From Podarcis muralis (lineage: Eukaryota): a DNA stretch of 64,000 nt. The first letter of the stretch is position 1; every line of letters starts with the position of its first letter. Below are positions 49,668 through 61,561 of this stretch, one piece after another. Under the pieces are notes generated by a model. The model was not told where the DNA came from, made no database searches, and saw only the letters and a program-made list of their open reading frames with translations. The stretch covers positions 14,260,001 to 14,324,000 of the forward strand of contig NC_135668.1 of NCBI RefSeq assembly GCF_964188315.1, given 5' to 3'. The position numbers and the translations under genes were made by a program.

Positions 49668-50357
49668 GTAAATATATAGATATATGCACATTTCGTGATA
49701 ACTGTTCAGAAGCTGAAAAATGCTCATTTGCTAGTTGATGCGAATATGACTTTTCATTATCAGTGGCATGCAAAGAAGCCTTCTAAAAATATTGCTTGGG
49801 CTCAAAGTGTGCCACAAGGGTTGTTCCTTGTGCAAGCTGGGGTTTTGGGTCCTCCACCTTGGAGTTCCTCTCCCCCTGCCCCCCACCAAAGCCATAGGGT
49901 TGGAGGATGTGGTGTACAGACGCAGAGCAAACTGCCTTGCACTAAATCAGGCCGTTGGTCCATCTAGCTCACTGACTTGGGCCAAAGTTTCAGTAAGTTT
50001 TCCCTGCCCTATCTGGAAAAGCTGGGGATTTAACACATTTAAATTCTGTGCTGTGCCATTAAGCTACTTCAGCGGAAAGCATGAACGCTGTTTTCCACAT
50101 ATTGCACCCAGCCATAAGCAACAATGGTACATTGTTTGTACAGAGATGGTACATTAGTTAACTAGTGACTATATTTATTGTCATTTTTTAAAAAGTCCAT
50201 GTTGTGTATGCTTTGCTTGATTGCGGCTGACCATGAAATGGCAAATACTGTAGAAGGCTGCAGGACTGGAAATAACTATTAAATGGGCTGTGTCTTTCAG
50301 TTTTTCAACTCTTGATGGAAATTTGAAGTAGTTTGGGGGTTTTTGTTTTATTTGTAG

Positions 50358-50552
50358 CATGGCGCTGACGTAAATGCAAAGGACATGCTGAAGATGACTG
50401 CTCTTCATTGGGCTACAGAACACAATCACCAAGAAGTAGTGGAACTCTTAGTAAAATATGGAGCAGATGTCCATACGCAAAGTAAATTTTGCAAAACAGC
50501 ATTTGACATCGCGGTGGACAATGGGTTTGAAGACCTAGCAGAAATATTACAG
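50358..50552 (+). CDS. GABPB1: GABPB1 exon 4 (ankyrin, [19 protein letters not shown]...DLAEILQ)
   Basis: 195 nt; acceptor tttgtag, donor gtaact. Confidence 0.97.
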
Positions 50553-50595
50553 GTAACTCAAAACCGTCTTCAACAAAGTCTTTCCTGGACCTCTG

Positions 50596-50760
50596 TAAGA
50601 ATTTGCTAGATCAGCCAATGGCCCATCTAGTCCAGCATTCTCACAATAGCCCCCAGATGTCTGTGGGAAACCTTAAGCAGGAGCTGAGCTTATGAGTATT
50701 CTCCTCGCCCCCCCCCCAGTGGTTTTCAGCAACTGATATTCAGAAGCATTACTCCCCCCC
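50596..50760 (-). mobile_element. Degraded squamate SINE-like fragment
   Basis: gatcagccaatggcccatctagtccagcat...cagcaactgatattcagaagcatt; related fragment near 2880-2968. Confidence 0.55.
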
Positions 50761-50799
50761 AACCGATCAGTTTGTTGACTGATAGCCACTTCTTCTGTC

Positions 50800-51159
50800 A
50801 CAGCAGGTGGCACTGTGGGTTAAACCACTGTGCTGCTTCGGCTTGCTGATTAAATGGTCTGCGGTTCGAATCCCCACAACGGGGTGAGCTCCTGTTGTTC
50901 GGTCCCAGCTCCTGCCAACCTAGCAGTTCGAAAGCATGCAGTGCAAGTAGATAAATAGGTACCACTCCAGCGGGAAGGTAAATGGTGTTTCCGTCCGCTG
51001 CTCTGGTTTCGCCAGAAGCGGCTTAGTCATGCTGGCCACATAACCCGGAAAAACTCTGTGGATGCGGACAAACACTGGCTCCCTTGGCCTTTAAAGCGAG
51101 ATGAGCGCTGCAACCCCAGAGTCGATTGGACTTAATTGTCAGGGGTGCCTTTACCTTTT
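50800..51159 (+). mobile_element. Sauria SINE
   Basis: TSD tagccacttc; tail cctttacctttt. Confidence 0.85.
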
Positions 51160-51523
51160 TAGCCACTTCATCCACTTGGTCATCTTGCCTTTACTGATGT
51201 TCTCACCATATTCATTCTACCTAACGTTAGTCTGGTGCATGTCCACAAAGTTATTTGAATTTACCTGAGTTTAGGTATCAATTGCATTTCCAAATGTCTC
51301 CTTTATTTGCTGTGAACTATACTGACTTCTCCTCCTCTTAATTCGTTATCTGCCTTTTATTCTAAGGTCCCAGGGCAGTTTAAAAGCAGTACACATTTTC
51401 TTTAAAAAAAGAATAAAATGTCAAAATACAGTAGTACAATAACTATACAAAATCTGAGTGTGATGGCTTTTCCCGCCTAATGAAGGTGGAAATAAGATGT
51501 TCTTGTTGCCTGTTCTGTCATAG

Positions 51524-51671
51524 ATTGCAATGCAGAACCAAATCAACACAAACCCAGAAAGTCCCGACACTGTGACGATACATGCAGCAACGCCTCAGTT
51601 CATCATTGGACCTGGCGGGGTAGTGAACCTAACAGGTCTGGTATCTTCTGCAAATACATCATATACTTCAG
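51524..51671 (+). CDS. GABPB1: GABPB1 exon 5 ([15 protein letters not shown]...VVNLT[[12 protein letters not shown]]); alternative donor after 51635
   Basis: 148 nt (long) or 112 nt (short); acceptor ctgtcatag; donors gtctgg and gtattc 36 nt apart. Confidence 0.93.
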
Positions 51672-52073
51672 GTATTCAGGTGTACAGGGGGTTGGGAATG
51701 ATTTGTTCACCATATTAAGCAAAATGCTTAGGAATAAAATGATGGTAAGGTTTCAGCAAGCGCATCATTTGCCCTTTAGTTTTTTCCGTCATCCCCCAGT
51801 TCAGGTTGTGGTAAAGACTTTTTTAATTGCTTAAAATTTGGCTTTGGAATCGCCCTCTTTTCTTGTCCCCATTCGTTCCAGTGGAATGTGTACAGGAAAC
51901 TAAGTCAGCTACTAAAATGGATGGGAAGTTTGCTTGTGTATGAGTTATCCAAGCACATGTCAGGCTCTGGATTTGCAGACAAGATGATGTCTTTGCACAT
52001 TACATTTGAAAGGAATATTTATGCAACCTGCTGACGTCGTTTGTAGTTTGACTTTTGTATTATCTCCTTGTAG

Positions 52074-52187
52074 ATGATACAGGAGTGTCTGCTGTCCAGT
52101 TCGGTAATTCTTCAACTTCCGTACTAGCAACTTTGGCTGCCTTAGCAGAAGCTTCAGCTCCATTGTCCAACTCTTCAGAAACGCCAG
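52074..52187 (+). CDS. GABPB1: GABPB1 exon 6 ([37 protein letters not shown])
   Basis: 114 nt; acceptor ctccttgtag, donor gtgagg. Confidence 0.96.
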
Positions 52188-53254
52188 GTGAGGAAAAATA
52201 TTTGGATGTTAAAACAGGGATTCACATTGTTATTTATTTATTTAAAAGAAAGAAAACGGACAAAATTTCATCTCCTTCACAAAATCCTGAATTATTTTTT
52301 TTTAACATTCTTCTTATAATAATGCCATTTCTATGAAGGCAATAATGGCAATCACTATTTGAGCAGGAAAATCATTATAAATAGGATTGCAATTAATGGC
52401 AAAGATGAAAGCTTCTGAGTTGCGTCTCCATTGTATTTGATGTCTAATCTTTCTGACATAAATCATGCTCTACAGATTTTGATAGAAAGCCTTCTGGTGT
52501 ACATCCCGTCTTTTGTGAACTTCAAAGCTGATTTTAATATAACTGCTTGAATGTAAATGTAGCTGCTCAAATTGCTGCTTTTTGTGGTTCAGCATTGGCT
52601 TTTAATGATCTTTCTCCTGTTAAAACCTAAAAAAAAGGTAGTATGGCCAATGTTAGTTTGAGACTAATAAGTACCCAGAAACAGGATTTTGTTTATTGCT
52701 GAGTGTTAAAATAATTTCTAAATATTAAAATTTGAATTTCTCAGTATAATAAGGTTACCCATGTATCAAACTCCAACTTTCTACCCATTGAGAAAGTACC
52801 TGGAAATGCCAAAACATTTTTATACTAGTAAATCCAGTTTGCTTTATGTCAGGTACTAATATGAAACAGCAAATAAACATATTTCCTTGTATCAATTGTG
52901 CTAGGCATTCAGGTTTAGAAAACTGTAATCTCCATCTTTCGTCTTCGTCCCCCTTTTACCCCAAATTGCAGTCATTTTTATTATCTTTTGGTAGTGACAT
53001 GATGGGTTTACAAAACTTGGGCATGCCTTGTATATGAAAAAGTGCTTTAGCTGCTCCTGCACTGAAGTTAGCTGTAAGTATAAAGTGTGATGAAGGGGGA
53101 AAGCCCCCAAAAGAGCCTTTCTCAGCCCTTTCTTCACACAAAGGTGTTGGAGAGAGGTTTGGAAGAGAGATATCTTACTGTCTCTTAACTGAGTTAAGCA
53201 CAATGACACTTGCTCCTAGCACATTAAACCTTGGTTAGATTTGCACTGCCCTTA

Positions 53255-53617
53255 AAAGGTAAAGGTACCCCTGCCCGTACGGGCCAGTCGTGTCCGACTC
53301 TGGGGTTGCGTGCCCATCTCGCTTAAGAGGCCGGGGGCCAGCGCTGTCCGGAGACACTTCCGGGTCACGTGGCCAGCGTGATGAAGCTGCTCTGGCGAGC
53401 CTGCACCAGCGCAGCATACGGAAACGCCGTTTACCTTCCTGCTATAAAGCGGTACCTATTTATCTACTTGCACTTAAGAGTGCTTTCCAACTGCTAGGTG
53501 GGCAGGAGCTGGGACCGAACGACAGGAGCTCACCCCGCTGCGGGGATTCGAACCGCCGACCATATGATCGGCAAGTCCTAGGTGCTGAGGTTTTACCCAC
53601 AGCGCCACCCGCGTCCC
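53255..53617 (-). mobile_element. Sauria SINE, full length
   Basis: aaggtaaaggtacccctgcccgtacggg...cagcgccacccgcgtccc. Confidence 0.88.
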
Positions 53618-54229
53618 TTATCCACCTTTAAACAAATGTTAACCACAAAAATACTTAGGCTAGAATAAATCACAGACACTTGACTTTCCAAATAAGTGAA
53701 GATTTTATTCACAGTTTCCAGAAGTTACAACAAACAAGTAAAATAAAGATGAAAAAAGCCTCCAAATGCCATAAAGGAAAGCACTTGGTTTCCTTACAAA
53801 AAGGATCATGCAATTTTTGGATTAGCAAAGATACCGGCTATAAAATCTCATTTTTGAGAGATTCAGTTCACTTTGTTTTTCTTGGAGTTGGGAGCCATAG
53901 CTGCACGGCTCCTTGCTTTTTCCAGGAAGCACAAAGAGAAAATGACTGTGAGCCGGGAGCCAAAAACCTGCTAGCCACACCCACTTGCAACCTGAGCTCA
54001 GGTTAACCCTTTCATGCATGCAGTTGTGAGTCAGTAACTACAGCCCCTTCCCATAACAACACAACCAAAGTGCAAGTTGTATTTGTAAGAAAGTTAATGG
54101 GATTTAATAAATCTAATAAATAATAAAGGCCAGCAGAATGGTTTCTGCAAATGGTAGGTGTTTAACTTTTTTAAAGTAAGTTTGTCAATAAACATCCTGA
54201 TTACTCTTATCCTTTTTATTATTTAACAG

Positions 54230-54415
54230 TTGTGGCTACAGAAGAAGTAGTGACTGCAGAATCTGTGGATGGTGCAATTCAGCAAGTTGTCAGTTCCGGA
54301 GGTCAACAGGTTATTACCATAGTAACTGATGGGATTCAGCTTGGAAACCTCCATTCCATTCCAACTAGTGGAATGGGTCAGCCCATTATTGTGACCATGC
54401 CAGACGGGCAACAAG
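54230..54415 (+). CDS. GABPB1: GABPB1 exon 7 ([18 protein letters not shown]...MPDGQQ)
   Basis: 186 nt; acceptor atttaacag, donor gtgagc. Confidence 0.96.
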
Positions 54416-55037
54416 GTGAGCTGAAAGGAAATGTGAAATGAGGACTTCAAATCCTCTTCTGAACAATGCATATAAACATTTTTTTTTTAATTTTTTGCAT
54501 TCAACTCAATAGTCACTCCAGGCCACAATTATTTTTTTTAAAGGGGCAAAATGGGAATACAAATGGCTCAGGAAAAACAGGAGCTTAAAGGGAGCAACTA
54601 GCAAGTATTTAACATTAGGGGTGTGCTATAAATCAATATATAGTCTGATATCGAATAATAGATCAAATCATGATAACTGTTTTTTTTAAAAATGACCTTG
54701 CCGTTTATCGCGGATTGTGTGTGTGGTATTCAAAAAAGCACAATATTGTGTGTGCAGCCCTTGCTAACTGTACTTCAGTCAGTTCTTCCCTGCCTCTTGC
54801 AGGGGCAAGAAATCGCTACAGTAGGCTGGCTCAAATACAGTGACTTGGTTTTCAAATGTAATCCGTTCCGGAAGAACGTTCGTATTCCGAAACGTTCGAA
54901 AACTCAGTACGGAAGCCTCAGAATGGAAAACTGAATAAGGAAGCCATGTTTCCTGTTTGACTTCCAAGGCGTATTTGAAAACAGAAACATTTACTTCCGG
55001 GTTTATAGCGTTTGAAAACCGAAATGTTCGTCAATGG

Positions 55038-55742
55038 CAGGGGTCAGCAAACTTTTTCTACGGGGGCCAGTTCACTGTCCCTCAAAACTTGTGGCGGGCT
55101 GTACCAGGCGTGCACATGCCTTGCCTCCCTCCCTCAGAGACAGTGCAGCTGAGATACCTCCACTCACTGCGTTCAGACAGAGAGGGCTGGGGAGGGGGCG
55201 CCCTCCGATGCTGGGTCTCAGCTTGTGCAGAGGGGCTGCAGCCACCCTGCCGGGAAGGGTCCCTACCCCAGGGTGTCCATGACCATGCTGCTAATGTGCC
55301 ACCACCGAGCCGCACAGAAGAGTCTTCCTCCTCCCTCCTCGCAGGCTCTCTGCTCCCGCTTCTTCCTGCCCCTTCACTTCTTCTCCCTTCTTGGAGGTAG
55401 ACGTCAACAAGGCGCCCTTCCCTGCGCCTCACCCTGATTGGAGCAGCGAGTCTCGGGAAGGGTCGCCATTGGCCGCTGTCTCGCATCAAACCAGCCAATG
55501 GAGGGGAGGCCTGAGGTTGCTAAGGCTTCAGATTGGCCAGTGTTGCGGAAGTCTGAGCAACCTCAGAGCATGCTGGGAGTTGTAGTTCGGGGAGGGGTCA
55601 CCAAAAAATGGTGCCCCCCCCCAAAATGGGAAAAAATGGTGATCACACTGATCCAAGCGGCGATTGCAGAACCATTTGCGGGCCGGATCCAGAGGGCAAT
55701 TGGGCCGGATCCGGCCCTCAGACCGTAGTTTGTCGACCCCTG
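55038..55742. mobile_element. hAT (Charlie-like) non-autonomous element with GC-rich promoter-like cargo
   Basis: TIR caggggtcagcaaact / agtttgtcgacccctg; 8-bp TSD gtcaatgg/gtcaacgg. Confidence 0.85.
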
Positions 55743-55771
55743 GTCAACGGAGACATTTGAAAACTGAGGTA

Positions 55772-56013
55772 CAGTGGTACCTCGAGTTACAGAGGTTTCA
55801 GGTTACAGATGCTTCAGGTTACAAACTCCCCAAACCAGGAAGTGGTTGCTCCAGGTTAAGAATTTTGCCCCAGGATAAGAATGGAAATCGCGCGCCAGCG
55901 GTGCAGCGGCAGCAGGAGGCCCCATTAGCGAAAGCACGCTTCAGGTTAAGAACCGTGTCAGGTTAAGAACGGACCTCCTGAACGAATTAAGTTCGTAACT
56001 AGAGGTACCACGG
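55772..56013. mobile_element. Tc1/mariner-type MITE inserted in the TA of the outer MITE's right TIR
   Basis: cagtggtacctcgagttac...gaggtaccacgg; TA at 55770-55771 and 56014-56015. Confidence 0.82.
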
Positions 56014-56364
56014 TACCACTGTATCTCCAAGCTCTCTGAGAAACAGAGCTCAGAGCACCAGTGAGCACTCACTGTCAGTCTCTGCTGCAGTGGAGCAAAT
56101 AGCTACAAGTCGCCACAGCAAGCTAACTAAAAAATTGCCTAGCAGGCTGATTTAAATATTGCCAATCACATATTGCCAAACAGAGCTTTGAGAAACAGCT
56201 CTCCATCTCCCCAGCCGGCTTCCCCCAAGGCTCTTGCTTAAAAGCTCACAAGATGTTGCTTTAGCTCAGTCTGCTCTGCAATGCTTCTCTCTATCTCTAT
56301 CTCAGAATGAAGGAGTGCTCAAGGAATCACTCAAATCTATTGTGGTTTAGCAAAGCATCTGAAT

Positions 56365-56556
56365 TTAAGCGGCATTTCCATGCACTCTGGCACTCGTCAC
56401 TGTCTTCCGTGTGCCAGTAGCGGTTTAGTCATGCTGACCCATGACCTGGAAAGCTGTCCGTGGACAAACGCCGGCTCCCTCGGCCTGAAAAGCGAGATGA
56501 GCACCGCACCCCATAGTTGCCTTTGGCTGGACTTAACCTCCAGGGGTTCTTTTACC
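56365..56556 (+). mobile_element. Sauria SINE 3' fragment ending about 55 nt before GABPB1 exon 8
   Basis: gcggtttagtcatgctg...aagcgagatgagcaccgcacccc...ctttacct. Confidence 0.7.
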
Positions 56557-56611
56557 TGAATGTAGCATGTGTAATCTTCATATTTCTGATACAGATGTGT
56601 TTTAATTCAAG

Positions 56612-56727
56612 TCCTTACAGTACCAGCGACTGACATTGCTGAAGAAACGGTGATCAGTGAAGAGCCTCCAGTCAAGAGACAGTGTATTGAGATAGTTGAA
56701 AATCGGGTGGAGTCTGCAGAAATAGAA
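56612..56727 (+). CDS. GABPB1: GABPB1 exon 8 ([38 protein letters not shown])
   Basis: 116 nt; acceptor aattcaag (in-frame alternative at 56621), donor gtaagg; read by hand. Confidence 0.94.
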
Positions 56728-56775
56728 GTAAGGAATCTGTTAGCTGAGTTGTTTTATTCAAATTTTCTTAACTGA
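56728..56775 (+). CDS. GABPB1: GABPB1 short-isoform (beta1S) C-terminal tail by read-through into intron 8: [15 protein letters not shown]
   Basis: 15 codons plus TGA continuing the exon 8 frame; same length as the human tail VRSLLPGVLCRSHPK as recalled. Confidence 0.75.
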   Translation, partial: VRNLLAELFYSNFLN

Positions 56776-57448
56776 GTGTTTATTTTCATCTTGCTTAGTA
56801 GTTTTTTTTTGTATTACCACAAAATAAGGTATTTATAACTGCATTATATGTTTGTCTCTGATATATTTGTTATAAATGTTTAATATAAATGTCCCATTGC
56901 ATGTGGTTTGATGGCCTTAAATATAATATCAGTTTTTCAATGACAAAGATTTGGTGTAAATGGAGAAGCCAAGAAGAAATATTTTATTTAGATTCCCCCC
57001 CCCCCCAAGATGATATTATCCGACCAAACTTAAAATATTTATACATATATTATGTATAGTATACTAAAGTTTTGGTATAAAATGTCATAGATTTTCTCCC
57101 TGAAGTTCTTCTTGTTTACATTTTGTATAAAATGAGGACACTCTTGAACCCATGTGTACATTTATATCAGCAGCTTTACCTGTTTGTGGTCAAAAGTCTA
57201 CGTACATCACAACTGTGATGACATTAATGTTAAGTAACTGTATTTTCAAAATTATGTATCATAAAGATTTTGTTCCTTGTATACAGGCTGAAAAGTTGCT
57301 TAACGCAAATTCAGTAAATAAGTTTAGTTATCATCTCAGTTCCATTATTTCTCCTCATATTGTGGTGTCGGATAAAATACCTTCATCATTCCAAGGTTTG
57401 GGCTTTAGTGCAGAATTTTATTGCTTTTCTTTGTGATACAGGCAAAAA

Positions 57449-57519
57449 TGTATTCCTGCAATAAAAAACCTATCAACAGTCTTTTTACACATTATCACCC
57501 TGATTTTCTTTTCATTAAA
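57449..57519 (+). terminator. Candidate intronic polyadenylation signals for the short isoform
   Basis: TGTA 57449, AATAAA 57460-57465 and ATTAAA 57514-57519, with U-rich flanks. Confidence 0.55.
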
Positions 57520-57621
57520 AGGTTTCTCACTGAGAATGTATAATGGACTCTGTTGTCATGCTACAGGAATGAATTAGATATTAAGAATACAGCTGTCCAT
57601 TTAGATTTCATTTGAAAGGTA

Positions 57622-58068
57622 CCGTATTGGCCTGAATATAAGCCGCACTTCTCCCCCAAATTCTGATGGTGAAAAATAAAGTGCGGCCGTTGCCCCATGC
57701 TCCTGGGCTGCTCTTGTGGGGGGGGGGAACCATGCCCCTTTGCCGGCAGCCCCCCTTTCCCCCTCTTTCCAGCGCCTCGGGGAAGGCTCAGGAGTGGCGG
57801 GCGGGCTGCGCACTGTTGCCCCGTGCTCCTGGGCTGCTTCCGGGGGCTGGGGGGAGCTGAGCCACTTTGCCAGCGGCCTCCCCCCTCCTGAGCACGGGGT
57901 AACAGCATGCAGCCCACCCGCTGCTCCCAAGCTGCCTCGGAGCCATCAGGTGGGGAATGGAAGGCCACTGGCAAAGCAGTCTGGGAGCACAGAGGAATGT
58001 CTCTTCCCCCTTTGAATTTTGAAGGTGCGGCTTATTTGCGGGTGCGGCTTATATTCAGGCCAATATAG
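57622..58068. mobile_element. Tc1/mariner (Tigger-like) MITE with GC-rich interior
   Basis: TIR ccgtattggcctgaatataagccgcac / gtgcggcttatattcaggccaatatag; TA TSD; internal direct repeat gttgcccc(a/g)tgctcctgggctgct twice. Confidence 0.85.
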
Positions 58069-59944
58069 TACATTTTGACTGTTTAATTGAAGGTGGAGCA
58101 TTCCTAGACTCAGTAAAATAAGCCTCTGCTTGTGTGATGCTCAGCATTGCTACAGGAGAAGATGCCTGCTTTAGAAAATTGTTATTGATTTTCTTCTTGT
58201 TCTCCCACTCAAATCATGTGTCCCACTTCACTATGGGAAAAATGGCATTCTGCTTCTAGGTATACATAGTATACTTTAGATATACTATTTTTTTTAGAGT
58301 TATAAGCTACCATCAGTGTACAGAGTACTTTACAGAGTTTTATAAGCAATCTACATTTTGACAGTGGTGAAGACAATATGGAGAGAGAAGGGATGGCACT
58401 TGGGATGGCATTGAGCAGCTGTGCATTTAGGTTTCATTTTCGTGAGGGATGCAGATTAACATATTCAGACAAAGGTTCGCCAGGGAAAGTGAGTACTGAG
58501 GAAGGATTTCACCACATATTTGTCCTCAAGGAGGAATGTCTAAGCAAGAACAAATGGGCAGAATTGTTGGAGAGCAAGAGACCTTTGAGCAATCAGAAGA
58601 ATAGACTGACCAACAGTTATCAGGTACCTGAATTGCTAGTTTTTGAGTGCTGGAGCACAATTCAACTGGATGATGCAAAAATTGACAGTAACAGGAAAAG
58701 AATTTGGAACACAAACCGTAGATAGGATGGACTTGTGCCTCAGTCCCAAATATATTTACCGGGGACTAAATAAAGTTGAGATTAATGAAGCTTACTTCCC
58801 AGTAAGTATGACTGGGATCATTCTGTAAGGAGGAAAAAAAGGGATATCATCAGAGGGAAGAAGAGGAAGGTTATTATTTTTTACCCTGCTATTTCATTTC
58901 AACAAAACAGTGTTTACAGATGGACCTTCTTGGCCCCTTTTATATTGTACTACCTAGTGATTAAAGTGGCTGAAATTAGCTTACTTATTTTTTTTAAAAA
59001 AACGGAGTCCTTTAAAAGGGGAGGGGGAGGCTTTTGCTTGTGTAAGGATCAGAACAAAGCTATTTCCTAGGCAATTATTCTTAATAAGGGCTCATGTAAG
59101 ATCGCAGCATGTCATGAGCTGGTCATTTGGGTTCACCAGAATTCCAAGCTGGCTATTTTGTAGGATGGAGAAAATGTCTTTTGCTTTTGAACTCAAGTGC
59201 TTTTTCTTGACTATGAAACTGTTCTCTGTCATCAAATGAAAATGGAATAGGTGGGTTGGCTCAACACTTGACTTACTTGCCAAATTAAGCAGGGTGGGGG
59301 GAGTCAGTCAACCCAGTCACTATTTAAAGAGCAGTGCCCTTTGTGTGTGGGGGGGTGGAACAGCCTTAGAATAAAAGTCCAAAGTAAAAATTTGTGGCAG
59401 ATGTGTTCTTCAAGAGAATAAGAATGTTAGCAAGGAATAGCATTATGTTATCCAACTGCACAGGAAACCCTCACATAATAATTGCCTTGTGTGACTGATG
59501 TAACAAGCGAACGCTGTATCTTCATGTTGAAATGGGGAAATAATTTTGCCATCGGTGGGAAGAGAATCAAGCCTGATTTTTTTTTTTTTAGTGCAAACCC
59601 CTGCAGCAGTACCATCCTACCGTTTGGTCTCTGTTTTCTGTCTCTCAAATGCCTTACATAGTGTCCTGGTTCAGGAGGCAGCCCACTTGGTCCATAGGAC
59701 CTCTGCAGTTAGCCTTCTGAGATACGGCCTTGCTTCTCCCCATGTAATTTCATATATGGCTGTCTCTCTGGTTCTCAGTGGCTGCTGCCCATCAATTTCC
59801 AGGCGCAACATTTCCTTACCCTGCACATGTAATAGAGAAGACAGGGGTACCAGCACTAATTGCTGAGAAATGGCAGATGAGAGCTCCCTGGGGGATGGGG
59901 TGGGCAGACTGGTACATGGCAGTGAGCTCAGTGCAGTTCTGGTA

Positions 59945-60170
59945 CAGTGGTACCTCGGGTTAAGAACTTAATTCGTTCCAGAGGTCTGTTCTTAACCTGA
60001 AACGGGTTCTTAACCTGAGGCGCACTTGTCTAATGGGGCCTCCTGCTGCCACTGCACTGCTGGTGCGCAATTTCCGTTCTTATCCTGGGGCAACGTTCTT
60101 AACCTGGAACAACCACTTCTTGGTTAGTGGAGTTTGTAACCCAAAGCGTCTGCAACCCAAGGTACCACTG
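59945..60170. mobile_element. Tc1/mariner-type MITE
   Basis: cagtggtacctcgggtt / aacccaaggtaccactg; TA TSD. Confidence 0.87.
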
Positions 60171-61561
60171 TACTCAGAGCAAATCCCTAGGCTCGAAATT
60201 CTTAAATTGCAAATGTGTGTCTTTTCCATCAGTCGACAGATATGGGGGTTCTAATAAAAAAACAGAATTGCTCCTGCAATCCCCAGGCCTGCCTGCCAAG
60301 GCTAGCAACTAGTTTTACTTGTGGGCCACTTTGGAGAAGTCAAGGTATGAAAGGAAGAAGAGCATTTTCCAAGTCAAGCACCCTTAATTTGCAACTTGGA
60401 GAACAAGACTTGGAGTACTTGTCTCATGCCTGGTCTCAGTCTCTCTTCCCACTGCTTTTCCTCTGGAAAGAATGGAAGGAAAGAGGAGGTTTGGGGCGAG
60501 GGACTGAATAGATAGCACCCTTTGAAATCAAATTCAGGCACTAGTTACCTATTTCATAGTGGTTGTGATAACAGAATGAGAGAACAGCATATTTTAACTA
60601 TCATGTTAGAATAGCCCTTAGATGGTATCATTGGGCAACCAGCTGATGTCATAATGGGGTCTCAGCAGGCAGAGGAGCCATGACCTTTCTAGTTGCCGGA
60701 TATTGCAGTGTAGTAGTGTACAACATCCTTGTGCAAGACAGTGGGAACTTGGGAGACCTTAGAAATTTAGCCAAATAAATTCTACTCAGAGTAAATCCAT
60801 TGAAATCAATGTATCTGAGTTAGTTGTGGTCATTAATATCAATAGATCTGAGTAGGACTTAGCTGGATAGAATGTGTAGTGATTTTATGTTATAACCGTC
60901 CTGAGACCTATGGGTACAGTGCAGTATACAAATTTAATAATAATAGTAACCCAAGGTTCTGAGTTCCTTCTCCAAGCATTCCTACATGAAATGACACAAT
61001 ATATTGTGTGTTCTCCATGGACTTCTTTCATGCAAGTTGTTTGGGTGGTTTTGGAGCCCAAGAATGGAAGGTTGTTGGCCACAGATAAAGGGCATGTGAT
61101 ATAATAGAGTGGAAAGAAATCTAAAGAAGTATAACTTTGAATAAAGAGAGGAAAATTGTGTTTAAGTTCTCCTGGTACATTTTAGCATTCCTACGCACTT
61201 GCCGCTAAGTTTCAGTGTGCTGGTACAGGTCTGTGGGGTCAGCAAGCTGACTTGAGTGCAAGAATTCAGACTTTTGGTTTGTAGACTGTACACATCTATC
61301 TTAATCCAAAAGACGGTGAGATAGCACACACAATTCTAATCATGTGATGGAAGGAAGGGATGTTCCTGATCGCTCCATGCCGCCTTTCCCATCACCATCC
61401 TTGTTGCCTCCCAGAGATTGGGGGCAAACATCTGCAGCAGGGAGCTTCCTCTACCTGGCTAGCCTCCCCACATGACTTGTGACTTTTAAACAAGTGCAAA
61501 CCAGCCATTGATTCATTTTTCACACAATTTACCTATACCTTTCTGTGTTATGTTTTAACAG

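Larger units (their letters stand above)
54838..56021. mobile_element. Outer Tc1/mariner-type MITE hosting two nested elements
   Basis: Left end TA-cagtgacttggttttcaaatgt; right end acatttgaaaactgaggta|ccactg-TA, split by an inner MITE. Confidence 0.75.

Noticed and set aside
51641-51685. U12-like donor gtatcttc (51641) and a third exon 5 donor (CAG|gtgtac, 51680)
   Set aside because: The first does not match GTATCCTT; the second shifts the frame by 8 nt.
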